A stretch of DNA of 64,000 nt from Chiloscyllium plagiosum (GCF_004010195.1 NC_057719.1:44473103-44537102), one strand, 5' to 3'. Numbered from the stretch's first letter, positions 25,821-39,343 are shown. Program-made: numbers and translations. Notes: generated from the sequence alone by a model not told the origin.

Positions 25821-28640
25821 GTTAGAGTTTTTTGAGGAAGTCTCAACTCGTGTGGAGAGACAGGAACCAGTAGATGTGCTGTATTTGGACTTCCAAAAGG
25901 AGCTCAACAAAGTACCTCACAAAAAACTAAGTTAGAAGATAAGAGCACATCATGTTGAAGGTAGTACAGGTGCACAATTCTTTATCTGAATTGCTCAAAA
26001 CCAGCTGGCTTTCAGAATTCAGAATTTTTTGAGTTTCAGAATAACTTACAGTTTGATGGTGAAATTTTAAAAAATCTTACGAGAGGAGCAGACTCACTGA
26101 GTAAATCGGGGCCTTGAAACAGAATTGAGGCTGCCAGTGCTGGACCACGCCATCCACGTCGCATCTGAGTGACACATATTGAGTGGGTGTGGACTTGAGT
26201 TAACTGTTTGCACATCAAAAACCTTGTTAATGGGGAAAAAAAAACTTCACAAAAACACTTTCGGACTTTGGAGCTTTTCAGATTTCGGGATTTCAGATAA
26301 AAGGTTGTCTACCTGTATATTGGTGTGAATAGAGAATTGGCTAACAGGCAGGATAAGGGGTTCTTTCTCAGGTTTGGGACCCATGACCAGTGGGGCTCCA
26401 CAGGGATCAGTGCTGGGAATGCAACTGTTTGCAGTATATATTAATGACTTGAAAGAAGGAGACAAATGTAGTATAGACAAATTGGCAGATGACACAAAAA
26501 TAGATGGAAAGGCAGAAAAAAAAGCGGAAGTTGCTGGGAAAGTTCAGCATTTCTCTGTGAAGAGAAAGCAGTGTTAATGTTTCGGGTGCAGTGACTCTTT
26601 CAAATGGTTCTGAAGAAGGGTCACGGGATGTGAAATGTTAGCAGTACTTTCTCTCTGAAAATGCTGCCAGACTTGCTGAGTTTTCCCAGCAATTTTTGTT
26701 TTTGTTTTTGATTTCCAGCATTCATAGTTCTTTGTTTATTTTGTTTAGATTGAAAGGCAGGTTGTGATAGCAGTTTGAACAGTTTACAGAGAGATATCGA
26801 TAGTTTGTGTAAGTGGGCAAACAGTTGATAAATTGAGTATTATGTGAGAAATTGTGATGTTCATTTTGGAAGGAAGAACAAAATCAAAACATTATTATTC
26901 AAATGGAGAAAACTGCAGAAAACCTTAATATAAAGGGACCTGGGAATGCTTGTACATGAAATACAGAAAGCTAGCACACAGATGCAGCAGGTAATCAGGA
27001 AGGATAATGGAATATTAGTCCTTATTTAAAGGTGGTTGGAATATAAGACTAGGGCAGTCTTACTGCAATTGTGCAGGGTGCTGGTGAGACAACATCTGGA
27101 ATATGGAGCAAATTTTTGTCTCCTTATTTAAGAAAATATATTATTTCATTGCACACTGTTCAGAGAAGGTTCTCTTGGATGATCTCAAGTAGGGGGAGAT
27201 TGGCTTATGAGCAATGGCTAAACAGGCTGGGACTCTACTCATTGGAGTTTAGAAGAATGAGAGGTGTTCTCATTTTAAAACATTTAAGGTTCTTAAGGGG
27301 TTTGATAGGGTAAATGCTAAGAGGATGTTTCCCCTCAGGGGAAAGTTTTGAACTAGAGAACACGTTCTCAGAGTTAAGGGGTGCGAATTTAAGAATGAGA
27401 TGAGCCACAAGGATCGATGGTGGGTCCACTGCTTTTTGTCATTTACATAAATGATTTGATTAGTAGGTTTGCAGGTAACACCAGAATTGATGGTGTAGTG
27501 GACATCGAAGAAGGTTACCTCACAGTATAATGGGACTTTAATCAGATAGGCAAATGGGCCAAGGAGTGGCAGATGGTGTTTAATTTAAATTCATGCGAGG
27601 TACTGCATTTTGGTAGGGCAAATCAAGGCAGGACTTATACACCAGGGAATGTTGCCATACAAAGGTCCAGGGAATGTTGCCATACAAAGAGACCTTGGGG
27701 TGCAGGTTCATAGTTCTTTGAAAATGGAGTCGCGGGCATACAGGGTAGTGAAGAAGGCATTTGATACACTTGCCTTTATTAGTCAGTGCATTGAGTATAG
27801 GAGTTGGAAGAACATTTTGCGGCTGTACAGGACATTGGTTAGGCCACTTTTGGAATAGTGCATTCAATTCTCGTCTCCCTGGTATAGGAAAGATGTTCTG
27901 AAATTTGAAAGGGTTCAGGAAAGAGTTACAAGGATGTTGACAGGGTTGGAGGATTTGAGCTATAGAGAGAGAGGCTGAATAGACTGAGGTTATTTTCTCT
28001 GAAAATCGAAGGCTGAAGGGTGACTTTATAGAAGTTTGTAAAATCATGAGGGGCATGGAAAGCGTAAATAACTAAGGTCCTTTTCCCTGGGATGGGGGAA
28101 TCCAAAGCTAGAAGGCATTGGTTTAAGGTGAGAGAGGAAACATTTAAAAGGCACCTAATGGGCAACTTTTTCACTCATAAGGTGGTGTGTGTTATGGAAT
28201 GAGCTGCCAGAGGAAGTAGTGGAGGCTGGTCCAATGCAACATTTAAAAGGCATCTGGATGGGTTTACAAATAGGAAGGATTTAGAGGGATATGGGCCAAA
28301 TACCAGTAAATGGGACTAGACTCATTTAGGATATCTGGTCGGCATGGATGAGTTGGACCGAAGGGTCTGAATCCATGCTGTATATCTATATGATTCTATG
28401 ACTGAAGGAGGAATTTCTTCTCTCAGAGAGTTGTGAGTCTTTGGAACTCCTTGCCACAGAGAGCTCGGGGGGCAGAGTTCTTGTGCATTTTTAAGGCTGA
28501 TATAGATAAACCCTTGATCAGTAGGGGGATTCAAAGCTTTTGGGGAAAGTGTATATAATGAATGTTGGATCAGCCATGATCCTGTTGAATAGCGGAGCAG
28601 ACTTGAGGGGCTGAACAGCCTACACCTATTTCCATTTTTC
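25820..28640 (+). mobile_element. Nested CR1 LINEs (older copy interrupted by a MITE, a Penelope piece and a younger CR1 at about 27410-28400)
   Basis: LDFQK, SGAPQGSVLG, LADDTK, QRDLGVQV and LYRTLVRPLLE peptides. CTATGATTCTATGA tail at about 28390. Confidence 0.88.
25967..26315. mobile_element. Tc1/mariner-pogo-type MITE
   Basis: About 24-bp TIRs (CAGGTGCACAATTCTTTATCTGAA and TTCAGATAAAAGGTTGTCTACCTG) flanked by TA on both sides. Confidence 0.85.
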
Positions 28641-29489
28641 ATGGTCTTATGGAGGAAGCACATTATAATCTGTGAAGGCCTCCCTTAAAGATCTACATTT
28701 TTTTCCAAATTATTTTCCAAAGGTTTTTTTTCTTCAGTTTGTAAATGCATGTGTTGAAGTATTGATGAGTAGACAGAGCATGTACTTATTACAGTCTGAT
28801 CTGTCCACTAAAATTCCTTTATAGCTCCTCCCTTTCCAGAAATCACAAAAAAAATTGCATTTCCAGTAATTAAGTCAAAGGTACCTGTCCAAACTCTCTA
28901 TTAAATAACTGAAGCAATAGACCTAGCCTACATATTTGTAAATTTTGAAAAATTCTTCTGATAAATATTAAAAACTGGAAATGGTAAATTCATTCTTTTT
29001 TACTTGGTGTGGAACACCATTCGTTTGATCTGCTCAGTTTGTTCTCTTAAAATAGATTTCTAAAGTGCCAATCTGAGGGAGTTGTTTTGCGTTTCTATAG
29101 TTACTGGTGGCTGAAACAAAATGCTGCCAATAAAGCTTTATGTCTGCTCTCCAAACAATTTTCTGCATGCAGCATCGCAACCCTTTTCTTTACAAATTAA
29201 ATTTTGTATACCTTACATTCCTCCTAGAATCCTTTAAACTTTTATAATTTGGGTATTGTAAATACTTTAAAACATGCCTTGTAATGTGACATGAATATGT
29301 TCTCATTGTAATTTAGGGCAGTATGGTTTGTAGTGTGGATAAAAATGTCATAAGTAATTGCATACAGAGTACATAATGCCAAACCTTTGTCAAATTCAAA
29401 TGGGATAACAATTACCTGGTTTGTATTGTGTCTAGTTTGTTGGGTGAATAAAGCAAGACCACAACTGGAATACTAATGAAGCAAGTCAG

Positions 29490-29767
29490 GCCAGCAGCCT
29501 CACAGTACCAGGGTCCCAGATTCGAATCCAGCCTCAGTTGACTGTCTGTGTGGAGTTTGCACATTCTCCCCGTGTCTGCATGAGTTTCCTCCGGGTGCTT
29601 CAGTTTCGTCCCACAGTCCAAAGGTGTGCAGGTCAGGTGAATTGGCCATGCTAAATTGTCCATAGTGTTAGGCATTAGTCAGAGGGAAATGGGACGGGGT
29701 GGGTTACTCTTCGAGGGTCGGTGTGGACTTGTTGGGCCGAAGGGCCTGTTTCCACACTTTGGGAATC
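29490..29767 (+). mobile_element. HE1-type SINE
   Basis: Same head, core and tail as 23722-24017. Confidence 0.9.
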
Positions 29768-29894
29768 TATAAGGACCTTGACAAGTCTTAATTGCTATCA
29801 ATTTTTACTTCCCCACTGCCAGGCGAGAATCTGGCCTTCCACATTCCTCACCCATTTCCAACACATATATTGCCATTGTCTATACTCCCTATAA

Positions 29895-30196
29895 GATTAG
29901 ATTATCTACAGAATGGAAACAGGCCCTTCGGCCCCATTCCGACCCTCCGAAGAGTAACCCACCCAGATCCATTCTCCATATATACCCATGACTAATGCAC
30001 CTATCACAATGGGCAATTTAGCATGGCCAGTTCACCTGACCTGCACATCTTTGGATTGTGGGAGGAAACTGGAGTACCCGAAGGAAACTCACGCAATCAC
30101 GGGGAGAATGTGCAAACTCCACAAAGACAGTCGCCCGAGGCTGGAATCGAACCTGGGACCCTAGTGCTGTGAGGCAGCAGAGCCACCGTGCCGCCC
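29895..30196 (-). mobile_element. HE1-type SINE
   Basis: Reverse-complement HE1 with a TAGAT tail. Confidence 0.9.
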
Positions 30197-30299
30197 CTTA
30201 TGATTCTAAATGGGGAAAGAGTAGCCAACATACCTGCCGCACCATTCCATTTACCTTGTTTGGATGATGGCTATATTCTTCTTTCATTTCAGTATTTTA

Positions 30300-31600
30300 T
30301 TATGATTCTGTCCTCAGAAGTTACAGTGCTTTGCTTCCAAGTTGGAATTGCTGTAGTTTACATGTTTTCTACATGTTAATGTGATCTTAAAATATACCGA
30401 CTGCAGCTTTTGTAAATAATTGAATGATCATCCTATCTGGATGTTGGACCTGATTTTGTCAATTTTTCAGCCATAATATCAGGCAGGTTAACCTTTGACT
30501 CATTCTTGCCGGCTGCTCAAAATAGGCATTAGGCATAAACAGCACTTTGCAAGATGCAACCTATAGGTCAATCACGAAAAAAAATGTCATCCTATTAGGT
30601 GGATTGATAGCTCTGTATAATGATTAAAAGAAAAAGTGTTTCCATGTATTACTTCACTGGTAAGGGCAGTGCCAGTTAATGAAATTTAGTGTGTTCTTTT
30701 GAAACTTTATTGTACATTAAAATTTGAAATCCACCAAATACAATTATATAGAAATAAATATTATGATGTGCAGACTAGTTGAACTGTAAGTGAAAAATGA
30801 TTATAAATTTGTATCTGTACAATTTCTAAATGAGGAAAGAGTAGCCAACATACTCTTTACTCTTCACAAAATTTCATTTACCTAATTTGGGCGATGGCTA
30901 TATTCTTCTTTCATTTCAGTATTTTATCCCATTAAGTTTTTGTTGGAATCAATAGCCTACTGTCCTAAAAGTAAGTTTACTTCTTAAAATTTTTAAACCC
31001 TGCTTTTGTTCTCAGTGTTCTCATTTGCAAATGGATATTAATTTTCATAAAGTCTTTTTGGAGTGAGCAAGCATTCAGTTGCCTTTCATTTTCCAGATAG
31101 GTCAAAACTCTATTTTTCTCTTATTCCCATGGCTTTTGAAAACATTACTTTATTGACCTGCTTTGGCCTAAAACCAAAACCAACTGATGGATTACCATGG
31201 TAACAGTGAAAGAAATGCAGAACCTGCCACTCACAGGGAATGGAACTTAACCTCTTAATCTTTCTGAACTGAAACCTGACCCGATGTAATAACAGTAAGA
31301 GCAATTTAACTTTATAATGCAAATAAAAATGTAATCATTGTCATTGCTTTAAGGTAATGAGAATATGATAAACGTTATTGATTAGAAATGTTGCTTCTCT
31401 CTCAACATGTAGCCAGACATGTTGAGTATTACTGTTTTGTTTCAGATTTCTGGCATCCAACGTATTTTACTTTTAATTTTGTCTGCATGCTGTGGAGTCA
31501 GAAAGGCAACCTGAAGAATGTTTATAACTCTTTCTTCTTTCTCTGCAGTCAGAGCAATTCTGAAACAAATATTACTTTTCCCTAGGGCATTGCAAGGAAG
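30300..31600 (-). pseudogene. EVE: Mononegavirales/Jingchuvirales-type L RdRp core, decayed
   Basis: Motifs in the expected order on the minus strand: IAL...KKEL*TFFRLPF (about 31500-31560, KE(R/K)ELK..RLF), HRVRFQ..QK (31261-31290, H.GGFEG.RQK), LVLVLGQ..NKVM (31143-31183, LGQGDNQV), AG(L)K..KK*TYF (30968-31003, GL.LK.EET), VNEIL..SMLATLSS (about 30830-30880), FGGF (30727-30738). Confidence 0.65.
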
Positions 31601-31809
31601 AGGAAGAGCAAGACAGTTAATGAAAAGGGAATGCAACCCTTAACATATGGTAGTACATTTTACAAAATTAGAAATTAGCAGCAGTTTCATAACTGAACGA
31701 TGATGGTTGAAGTCATCCTCCAAAAAAACAATAAACTGGATTCCAGTGTGATACACAGGACATGTTACATTGCCAGTGGTACTATTTTTCCAATGTAATA
31801 TTAAACCAA

Positions 31810-31875
31810 AGTCTCATTCTCCCTCTCAGAGAGATGTAAAAAATCCTATAAGCCTATTTCCAAGAAGAACAGTCG
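31810..31875 (+). mobile_element. Deu-domain SINE relic
   Basis: CCCTCTCAGAGAGATGTAAAAAATCCTATAAGCCTATTTCCAAGAAGAACAG resembles the Deu core. A similar relic lies at about 35950-36010. Confidence 0.55.
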
Positions 31876-32979
31876 AGGTTATAGAAGCTCAATATTCTTT
31901 GAAAGCTGGAGTCCTGCCCACTGCCCTCTAAAAATATAACACACTGAAGAGATCATAATACTGTCTAAGAATGACCAAAATCTTTGTACGACACGCAGCA
32001 TCACCAATCTAGCAAATAGTACGTGTTGGGAAAATTTCTAGCATCTGCTTGAGAGGTGCTTCGTCCAGAGGCTCACTGAAGGTGTTGCCTAATGTGGAGA
32101 TGAAAGGTCTTAAAATGAACCTTCCAGCTTAGTGAGCAAACCTACATCCACAATTACAACATATAAAAGGCATCTGGGTGGGTATGTGAATAGAAAAGTT
32201 TCAAGGGATATGGGCAAATGGGACTAGATTAATTTAGGATATATGGTTGGCATTGACAAGTTCAACCGAATGATCTGTTCATCTCTATAACTCCATGACT
32301 CTAAGACCTTCTCAGCCTTTCATTATTTGGTACCTTCCAACTCATCGATACTTTGTAGCAGATTACCCATGTTGGGATCTAGCCTGTGCAGGTATCTAGG
32401 ACTCTTCTGTTGGCAGCAATTGTTGTTTCAGTTTCTGTCATTTTCCAAAGCAGGAGTAGTCCTCCCTATACAAGATGTACCCTGGATTCACAACACACTG
32501 GTCATTCCAGATCCCGTCATTGCTTTCTGATCCCATTTCACTCAAGCCAATCACACACTGATACTTCAGGCTCCCTAATGCCACTGTTTGCCTCTACATC
32601 TTCCATCAGAGTCCTAACCTCAAGCAGTACCTCTATGCGAACCATTTTCTGAGGCTGAACACCAGCTATTGGTTCAAAAACAAAGGCATGGCCACTTGTA
32701 TCTAGCATTTGATTAATTTGTGGGGTTCATGTTTCTAGATATTCTATATTTTATTGCGACCATTGATATTCTGATTTTGGTGGAATACCTTTGCAGTAAT
32801 TTAAAGGTCAATCCTGACAGTCTTGTATTCATTTAATATTTTTTCTTCTCAGTATTGCTCACTCATTCCTCTTGGATGCCAACTTGAATTCCTGGCTTAG
32901 TCTCTTGTGATGCTGGCTCTCCATTCTTTGACTTGGCTATCCCTGTCAGAAGGTGTGGTAATCCTCAGGAGATGGAAGA

Positions 32980-33900
32980 ATTAGATCTCAGCCAAAGAAG
33001 AGATAGCATGGAGGATAGCCTGTTGTTGAGTGCAGGGTGCAACTATAATTTATAAACCAGCTTTGGAAAGTACTTAGGCAACATTTGTTTATTCTCAGGA
33101 ACCAAAGTATGCAACTATTGATGCAGAGTATGGTTGAATCGTCCCTCCCTGTCCATTACTGTCTGGAAGGGAGGGGGTGGTGCAGCTTTTGGCAATGCTA
33201 AAGAGCTTGCGAAGTTCCTGTAGAATCTTCTCTTAAAGTTGCATCCCTGATCACTCTGAACCCAATTTAGAGCACTTAAGTCGATAAACCAATCATGTTT
33301 TAACACTTCGATCACAAATAAACTTGGTGAAGGCATCAATGAGTATGACAACATGCTCAGTCTCATTATCAATCAGGTCAAGAACCATTACAAATACCTC
33401 TACATACCTCTTGGCATGAAATATTCCATGCTGGTGAAGTCACTTCCCTGCTTTGGACAAATTACACTTCTCACAATTTTAACATCAAGATCAGCAGCCA
33501 TTCTGGGTGAGTAACACAATTCCCTGTTAGGGCAATCATTTCTTCTAGCAAGCCATGATGTAGGCCAGTTGCTAGACAGCTGACATGATTCTGCAAGAAT
33601 TGTAATGGTGCAGGCAATTAAAGGAACAAACTACTTCCCTGCTACTTGAACAATTCCAAGGTCCTCTACGGGTTGATGAAGTCAATGACCCTGACCCCCA
33701 TTTGCCAATCTTTTAATGTGCTGGTCACAGCGGTCACTGTACATTGCTTTTCAAGAACAGTCAGATCTCTCTCTCGATCTCAGCATCATGGGTATTCTGT
33801 TCCGTTCACTGAAGTGTAAATTGGATCATTCCCAGAAACCTCAGGCTAAGAAAAGCATTATTCAGGACAGATAGGGTGAGTTCAATCTAGCCATGATAGG
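32980..33900 (-). mobile_element. Gypsy integrase relic
   Basis: ORF 33115-33372 has VQSDQGCNF...F...GRFNHTL (HSDQG/ERFNRTL motifs). Upstream YSPRMAADL resembles the Zn-finger FYWP.M motif. Confidence 0.75.
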
Positions 33901-34159
33901 GAATGTCCGTACCCTGCAAAGCTTGCAACAGTGAAATCTCCCTGACAATGTAGAAAGTTCCCCAGGTATGTCTAACCTGGCCTATAACCATCTCATCAGT
34001 CTACTCTTGATCATCAATGAAGTGATGGAAGGTGTCATCAACAGTGCTGTTAAGTGGTATTTACACAATGCTAACTTGTCCACTGATATTCAATTTTGAT
34101 TCTGCCAAGCCTATTTAGGTCCTGACCTCATTACAACATTAGTCCAAACATGGACAAAA

Positions 34160-34800
34160 TCAATAGGGCAGTTAAGAAAACAAATCCAATGTTAACATTC
34201 ATTTCAAAAGGACTAGAATTACAAGAGCAGAGATGTACTGTTGAGCCTGTGTAAGGCTCTGGTGAGACCACATTTGGAATATTGTGAACAATTTTAGGCT
34301 CCATATCTAAGGATGTGCTGGCCTTGGTGAGGATCCTGAGGAGGTGTACCAGCATGACCTTGGGGTGAATGGCTTGTCCTATGAGGAACTGTTGAAGACT
34401 TTGGATCCGTACTCGATGGAGTTTAGAAGAACGGGGTATGTGGGTGGGCAGGTTGAGGGGGGGAACTCATTGAAATTGAGAGGCATGGATAGAGTGGAGG
34501 TGAGAAGATGTTTCCACAAGTAGGAGACACTAGGACGTGAGGACATAGCCTCAGAATGAAGGGATGATCCTTCAGAACAGCCAAAGGGTGGTGAATCTGT
34601 GGAACTCATTGCCACAGAAGGCTGTGAAGGTCAAATCATTGAATGCATTTAAAACAGAGATAGGTTCTTGATTGGTAAGGGGATCAAGGGTTATGGGGAA
34701 GTGGCAGGAGAAAGGGGTTGAAAAACGTATCAATCATAATCAAATAATAGAACAGGCTCAATGGGCTGAATGCCTAATTCTGCTCCTATATCTTATTGTC
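34160..34800 (+). mobile_element. CR1 LINE 3' fragment
   Basis: LVRPHLEYC, YEELLKTL and W(N)SLP motifs, with a CR1 3'UTR. Confidence 0.8.
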
Positions 34801-35567
34801 TTATCATCCTGTGGCAAAGCAAGGAAGACTGCCCTTGACATCAATGTAGCATTTGACTGAATGTGACAACAAGGAGCCCTAGGAAAACTAGATTCAGGAA
34901 CAAAACTTTCTGCTGGTTAGAATCATGTCCAGCACAAAGGAAGACTGTTGTACTTGTTGGACGTCAATCATCTTAGCCACAGGACCTCCAACAGCAGTTC
35001 TTCAAGGTAGCATCCTGGGTCCAACCATCTTTGGCTGCTTCATCAATGACCTTTGCTCCATCATAAGGTGAGAGGTGGAGGTGTTCATTGATAATTGCAC
35101 CCTTGCACAGCATCACTCATGACTTCTTATACTTAAGCAGTCTGTATCCAAATGCAGCAAGTCCTGGACAATATTCAGGCTTAGCTGATAAGAGGTAAGT
35201 AAAATTTGTGCCACACAATGGCCAGAAAATTATCAATTCCAAAAAGGAAAAAAACCATCCATTGCTTCTTGATATTCAATAGCATCGCCATCACTGAATC
35301 CTCCACTATCAACATCCTATGCATTACCATTGAAAAAAGCTGAACTGGTCTTAATTCTGTGGGTGTGAGAGCAGGTCAGAGGCTGGGAATTCCGTGGTGA
35401 GTAACTCACCTCCTGACTCTTAAAAGCTTATCCACTATCTACAAGGTATAACAGAGGACTATGATGAAATACTTCCCATTTGCCTGGATGTATGTAATTC
35501 CAACAACACTTAAGAAGCTTAATGCCATCAAGGGAAAAGAAGCCTGCTTGTCTGGCATCACATCAAA

Positions 35568-35885
35568 GGAGAAAGTGAGGTCTGCAGATGCTGGAGATCA
35601 AAGTTGAAACTTTATTGCTGGAACAGCACAGCAGGTCAGGCAGCATCCAGGGAACAGGAGATTCGACGTTTCGGGCACAGGCCCTTCTTCAGGAATGAGC
35701 AGAGAGTGTCTCTTTCCACCTATCACATTTCCGACGCCCCTCCCCCAAGTCCCTCCTCCCTACCTTTTATCTTAGCCTGCTGGACAAACTTTCCTCATTC
35801 CTGAAGAAGGGTTTATGCCCGAAACGTCGATTCTCCTGTTCCCTGGATGCTGCCTGACCTGCTGCGCTTTTCCAGCAACACATTC
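35568..35885. mobile_element. Penelope-type inverted-repeat element
   Basis: GGAGAAAGTGAGGTCTGCAGATGCTGGAG head, inverted arms, hammerhead-like CTGAAGAAGGG..CCCGAAACGTC. Confidence 0.85.
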
Positions 35886-37289
35886 CAATCCAGTGAGGGA
35901 AGTTGGAAGATTTAAGCTGCTATCTTTTTGACGAGAGCCTACTAAGTGAAGGCCTGTCTGTCCTCTAATGTAGACATAGAAGAGCCAATGGCACTATTTT
36001 TAATAAGAGTTATAGATACATAGAAAACACAGTAAGATTTCATGCACAGAAGGTAGTCGTCTGGCACATTATGTCCATACCAGTCGATGAATACCTCGTC
36101 ACACTAATCCCACTCTCCAAATTTTGATTCCTAAACCCATTGACTGTTCCACCGCATGTTTTAATGTGATTATGGTTTTTGCCTGTATTACCCTTTGAAC
36201 TCGTGGGTTCCAGAACCTCACCACTGATGAGAAAGTTGTTCCAGGTGTCATAGTCAATATTTTTTCAATAATTAGTACAGCATTTCTTTTTGTGGGAGCT
36301 TGCTACATGTAAATTGCCTGCTATGTGTCAACACTGACTGTACTTCCAAAGTACTTTATTGGCTGTAAAGCATTTTGGATCTTTCTGTGGCCATAACAGT
36401 TACTATATAAATGCAATTTAATTTTAATAACTCAATAGTTACTCATAGAAATCTAATGTTATATCACTGGGATGCTTTTTTGCCATTATTATGGCAATAA
36501 TGTTTTTTTCAAATTTAAAAAAAAGTTATGATATTTCAGCTACTTTAATCCCATGTGTATCACTGATGATTTGTATTTACTCTGTGGAAATTTTAATTGA
36601 GTAGAAGATTTTACTGCATTTTACTTTCTGATTTGCTGTTTGAGAATACTTCAGTGTAATTGGCTGCCAACTCCCTGCGGTGATATCACTGTTACTGTAT
36701 GCCTAGTGTTTGTCTTGATCTTGCACATATCAAGAAAGGGAAACTTCATGCCTCAGAGATCACTAGATAGCAGAAAATCCCTTTAATACTTCAAAGTACT
36801 CTTTTGGTATGATCCTAGATATTGAATATTGTTAGATATTATTACTGGAGCGAATCATAGATTTACATTTAAATAGTTCCCATTTCTGTCTTTGTTCACT
36901 CCTTTCCTCAGCAATATTTTGTGTTTGATTTTGTCTACTTTCTGTGGTTTTATTTACCCTAATGAAGAAGAGCATATCTTCTCAACATCACAACTATTGA
37001 TCTCACCCTGCTTGGCTGTTGTATGGAACCCCCTACGTGTTAACCCCTTAAAGCCAAATACATAACAATATTGTCAAATTTGATGGAATTTTAATGCATT
37101 TACTTTAGGGGAAATTTGGCATGTTAATATGCTGCAGTTTTTCTTATCTGCGATGTTTTGTGTTATGTTGCTGAAAATATTACTGATGAAATACTTAGCA
37201 GTTGTAGTAAAATCATGCGTATACTTAGGATGAAGAAGATTATGAGTACCACATATGCTTGGTCCAGTTCTTGTTGGATTCATTTGGAT

Positions 37290-37697
37290 ATCAAAGTTGA
37301 AACTTTATTGCTGGAACAGCACAGCAGGTCAGGCAGCATCCAGGGAACAGGAGATTCGACGTTTCGGGCACAGGCCCTTCTTCAGGAATGAGCAGAGAGT
37401 GTTCAGCAGGAGAAGATAAAAGGGATCCTTCCAGCCCGGCACCGCCTTCCTGGCCTGCAGTCTTCTTCTTGACCTCTCCGCCTCCATCCTACTCCGACCT
37501 ATCACCCTCACCTTGACCTCTTTCCACCTATCACATTTCCAACGCCCCTCCTCCAAGTCCCTCCTCCCTACCTTTTATCTTCTCCTGCTGAACACTCTCT
37601 GCTCATTCCTGAAGAAGGGCCTGTGCCCGAAACGTCGAATCTCCTGTTCCCTGGATGCTGCCTGACCTGCTGTGCTGTTCCAGCAATAAAGTTTCAA
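37290..37697. mobile_element. Penelope-type palindromic element with about 130-bp perfect inverted arms
   Basis: 37295-37423 is the reverse complement of about 37571-37699. Two identical ORF tails appear on opposite strands in the ORF track. Confidence 0.9.
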
Positions 37698-39343
37698 CTG
37701 GCATCACATCAAACACTTTCAACATTCTCTCCCTTGACCTCTGATGCACCTGGAGCAGTCTATACCTTCCATGATATACATTGCAGCAATTCATAAAGAC
37801 TGTACCTTCCATGCTTACAGCCTCTACCAGCTAGAAGAACAAGGGCAGGAGATACATTGGAACACCGCCACTTGCAAATTCCCCTCCAAGACACACACCA
37901 TCCTGATGGAGTTAAATCAGCATTCTGATACTGATATTGAGTCAAGATCTTGGAACACCCTCCCTCACAGCACTGTGGGTTTACCTAAACCAAATGGACT
38001 GTAGCAGGTCAAGAAGACACCTCAGCTTCTCAAAGGCAATTCAGGATGGGCAATAAATATTGGTTGAATGAGTGATGCCTACATCTGTGAATGAATAAAA
38101 AGAAGTGACAAATATTATGATGCAATTTTGTAAAAAGAAAAGCAAACTACATCAATGTGAGTAAATTGATAATACATTTTGCACTAGTTTTTAAAGCTAG
38201 ACTTGTTTTTTTTTGCCAGTTGGAAGGCTTCAAAGTTTCTGCCATTGTCTTGACTTATAGATTTAAAAAATCAACTTGGATCAAGTATCCAACAGTTGGC
38301 AGTAGCAAATATGATGTGAACCCATTTAAACCATTTAAGCTTATGGTCATCATTTGTTTGTGAATTTTAATAAAAGAACTGTAATTTGAATGAAGACTAG
38401 TTGGTGCTGGAATAATACCAGTGTGATAGCCAAGAAAGTAATGAGAATGAGAACATGGAGATTTCTGACTGTCGGAGTTGGTTGTACTAAGTTGTAGATC
38501 AAAAGAGAACTCTAGAAGTGCAGAGGTCAAAACTGATACTACCACAAGGATTAAGCACATAATTACAATCAAATAAATTAACTGCTGTCAAATATATTTT
38601 GAAAATTTGTTCTATGTAGGAATACTCCCCATCGTTTTAACCAGTATAATATGAATCACTTATGTTCTGAAATGTTGGTGAAGGAGAATGAATAATTGGC
38701 CTCACCTATGGTGCATTGATGCCTTTTGAGTCATAATGGAGGCACCAAATTTGAGATTCTTGTCAATCTTGTCCCTATAAAGTAGATTGCACCCAAAGTA
38801 AAATACTCACCCTTTGATGTACCATACAATCTTCAAAAAGGTGCAGGGTCTTTTCAGTACTGACCTTTGTCAAGGTTTAACAATTGCCTTTTCAAGAGAT
38901 AATTTTTACTCCCATCTTGAGGGATATGAATATGCAAAGCAGTTTGAGAATACATAATTTATCACTGGCATCGTATCTGCCACCTATCAGCCTTCACTCA
39001 TAACTTTTGTTTTGCTAAGATTCACAGGGAACTGTTAATCATAACATTATTTATAAATTAATTTATAAAAAGCATAAACTAAGTGCTTTCTACTTCTATG
39101 CATTTCAACAATTGTTTAATATTTCCATTGCAAATCACTATTCTCTGAAAATAATCTCAAGTATGTTCATTAGGAACACATTTATTTTAACCCAACAATT
39201 GTACATCTTTCCAGCTGTACAGAATGACATTTGCATCTTTTTGACTACTAATATTAAAAGGAGGATCTGTTAGTAACTAAGTGTGATGGTGACTCAGAAC
39301 ACTGTGCTTTCATCTCATTGGCCTGGGCTTGAATCCAACTCAG

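Larger units (their letters stand above)
28700..30300 (-). pseudogene. Candidate second L-protein EVE fragment (post-motif D region), split by two HE1 SINEs
   Basis: 30205-30300 duplicates the NE...MLATLS block of 30826-30925. Downstream are TMAIYVLEMG (about 29845-29875) and VIVIPFEFDKGLAL (about 29375-29415), resembling the T.A.+E.G and LP..LGGL motifs. Confidence 0.35.
34810..38100 (+). mobile_element. CR1/L2-superfamily LINE (34810-35567 and 37714-38100) split by a 2.1-kb Penelope-bounded block
   Basis: Homologous to 10220-11350. The sequence resumes after the duplicated CTGGCATCACATCAAA (35552-35567 and 37698-37713). Confidence 0.8.

Noticed and set aside
30205..30925. Pair of miRNA-like hairpins (GAAAGAGTAGCCA...TGGCTATATTCTTC)
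   Set aside because: Pairing is imperfect with large loops, and the block falls in register within the L-like motif series. Not excluded without small-RNA data.
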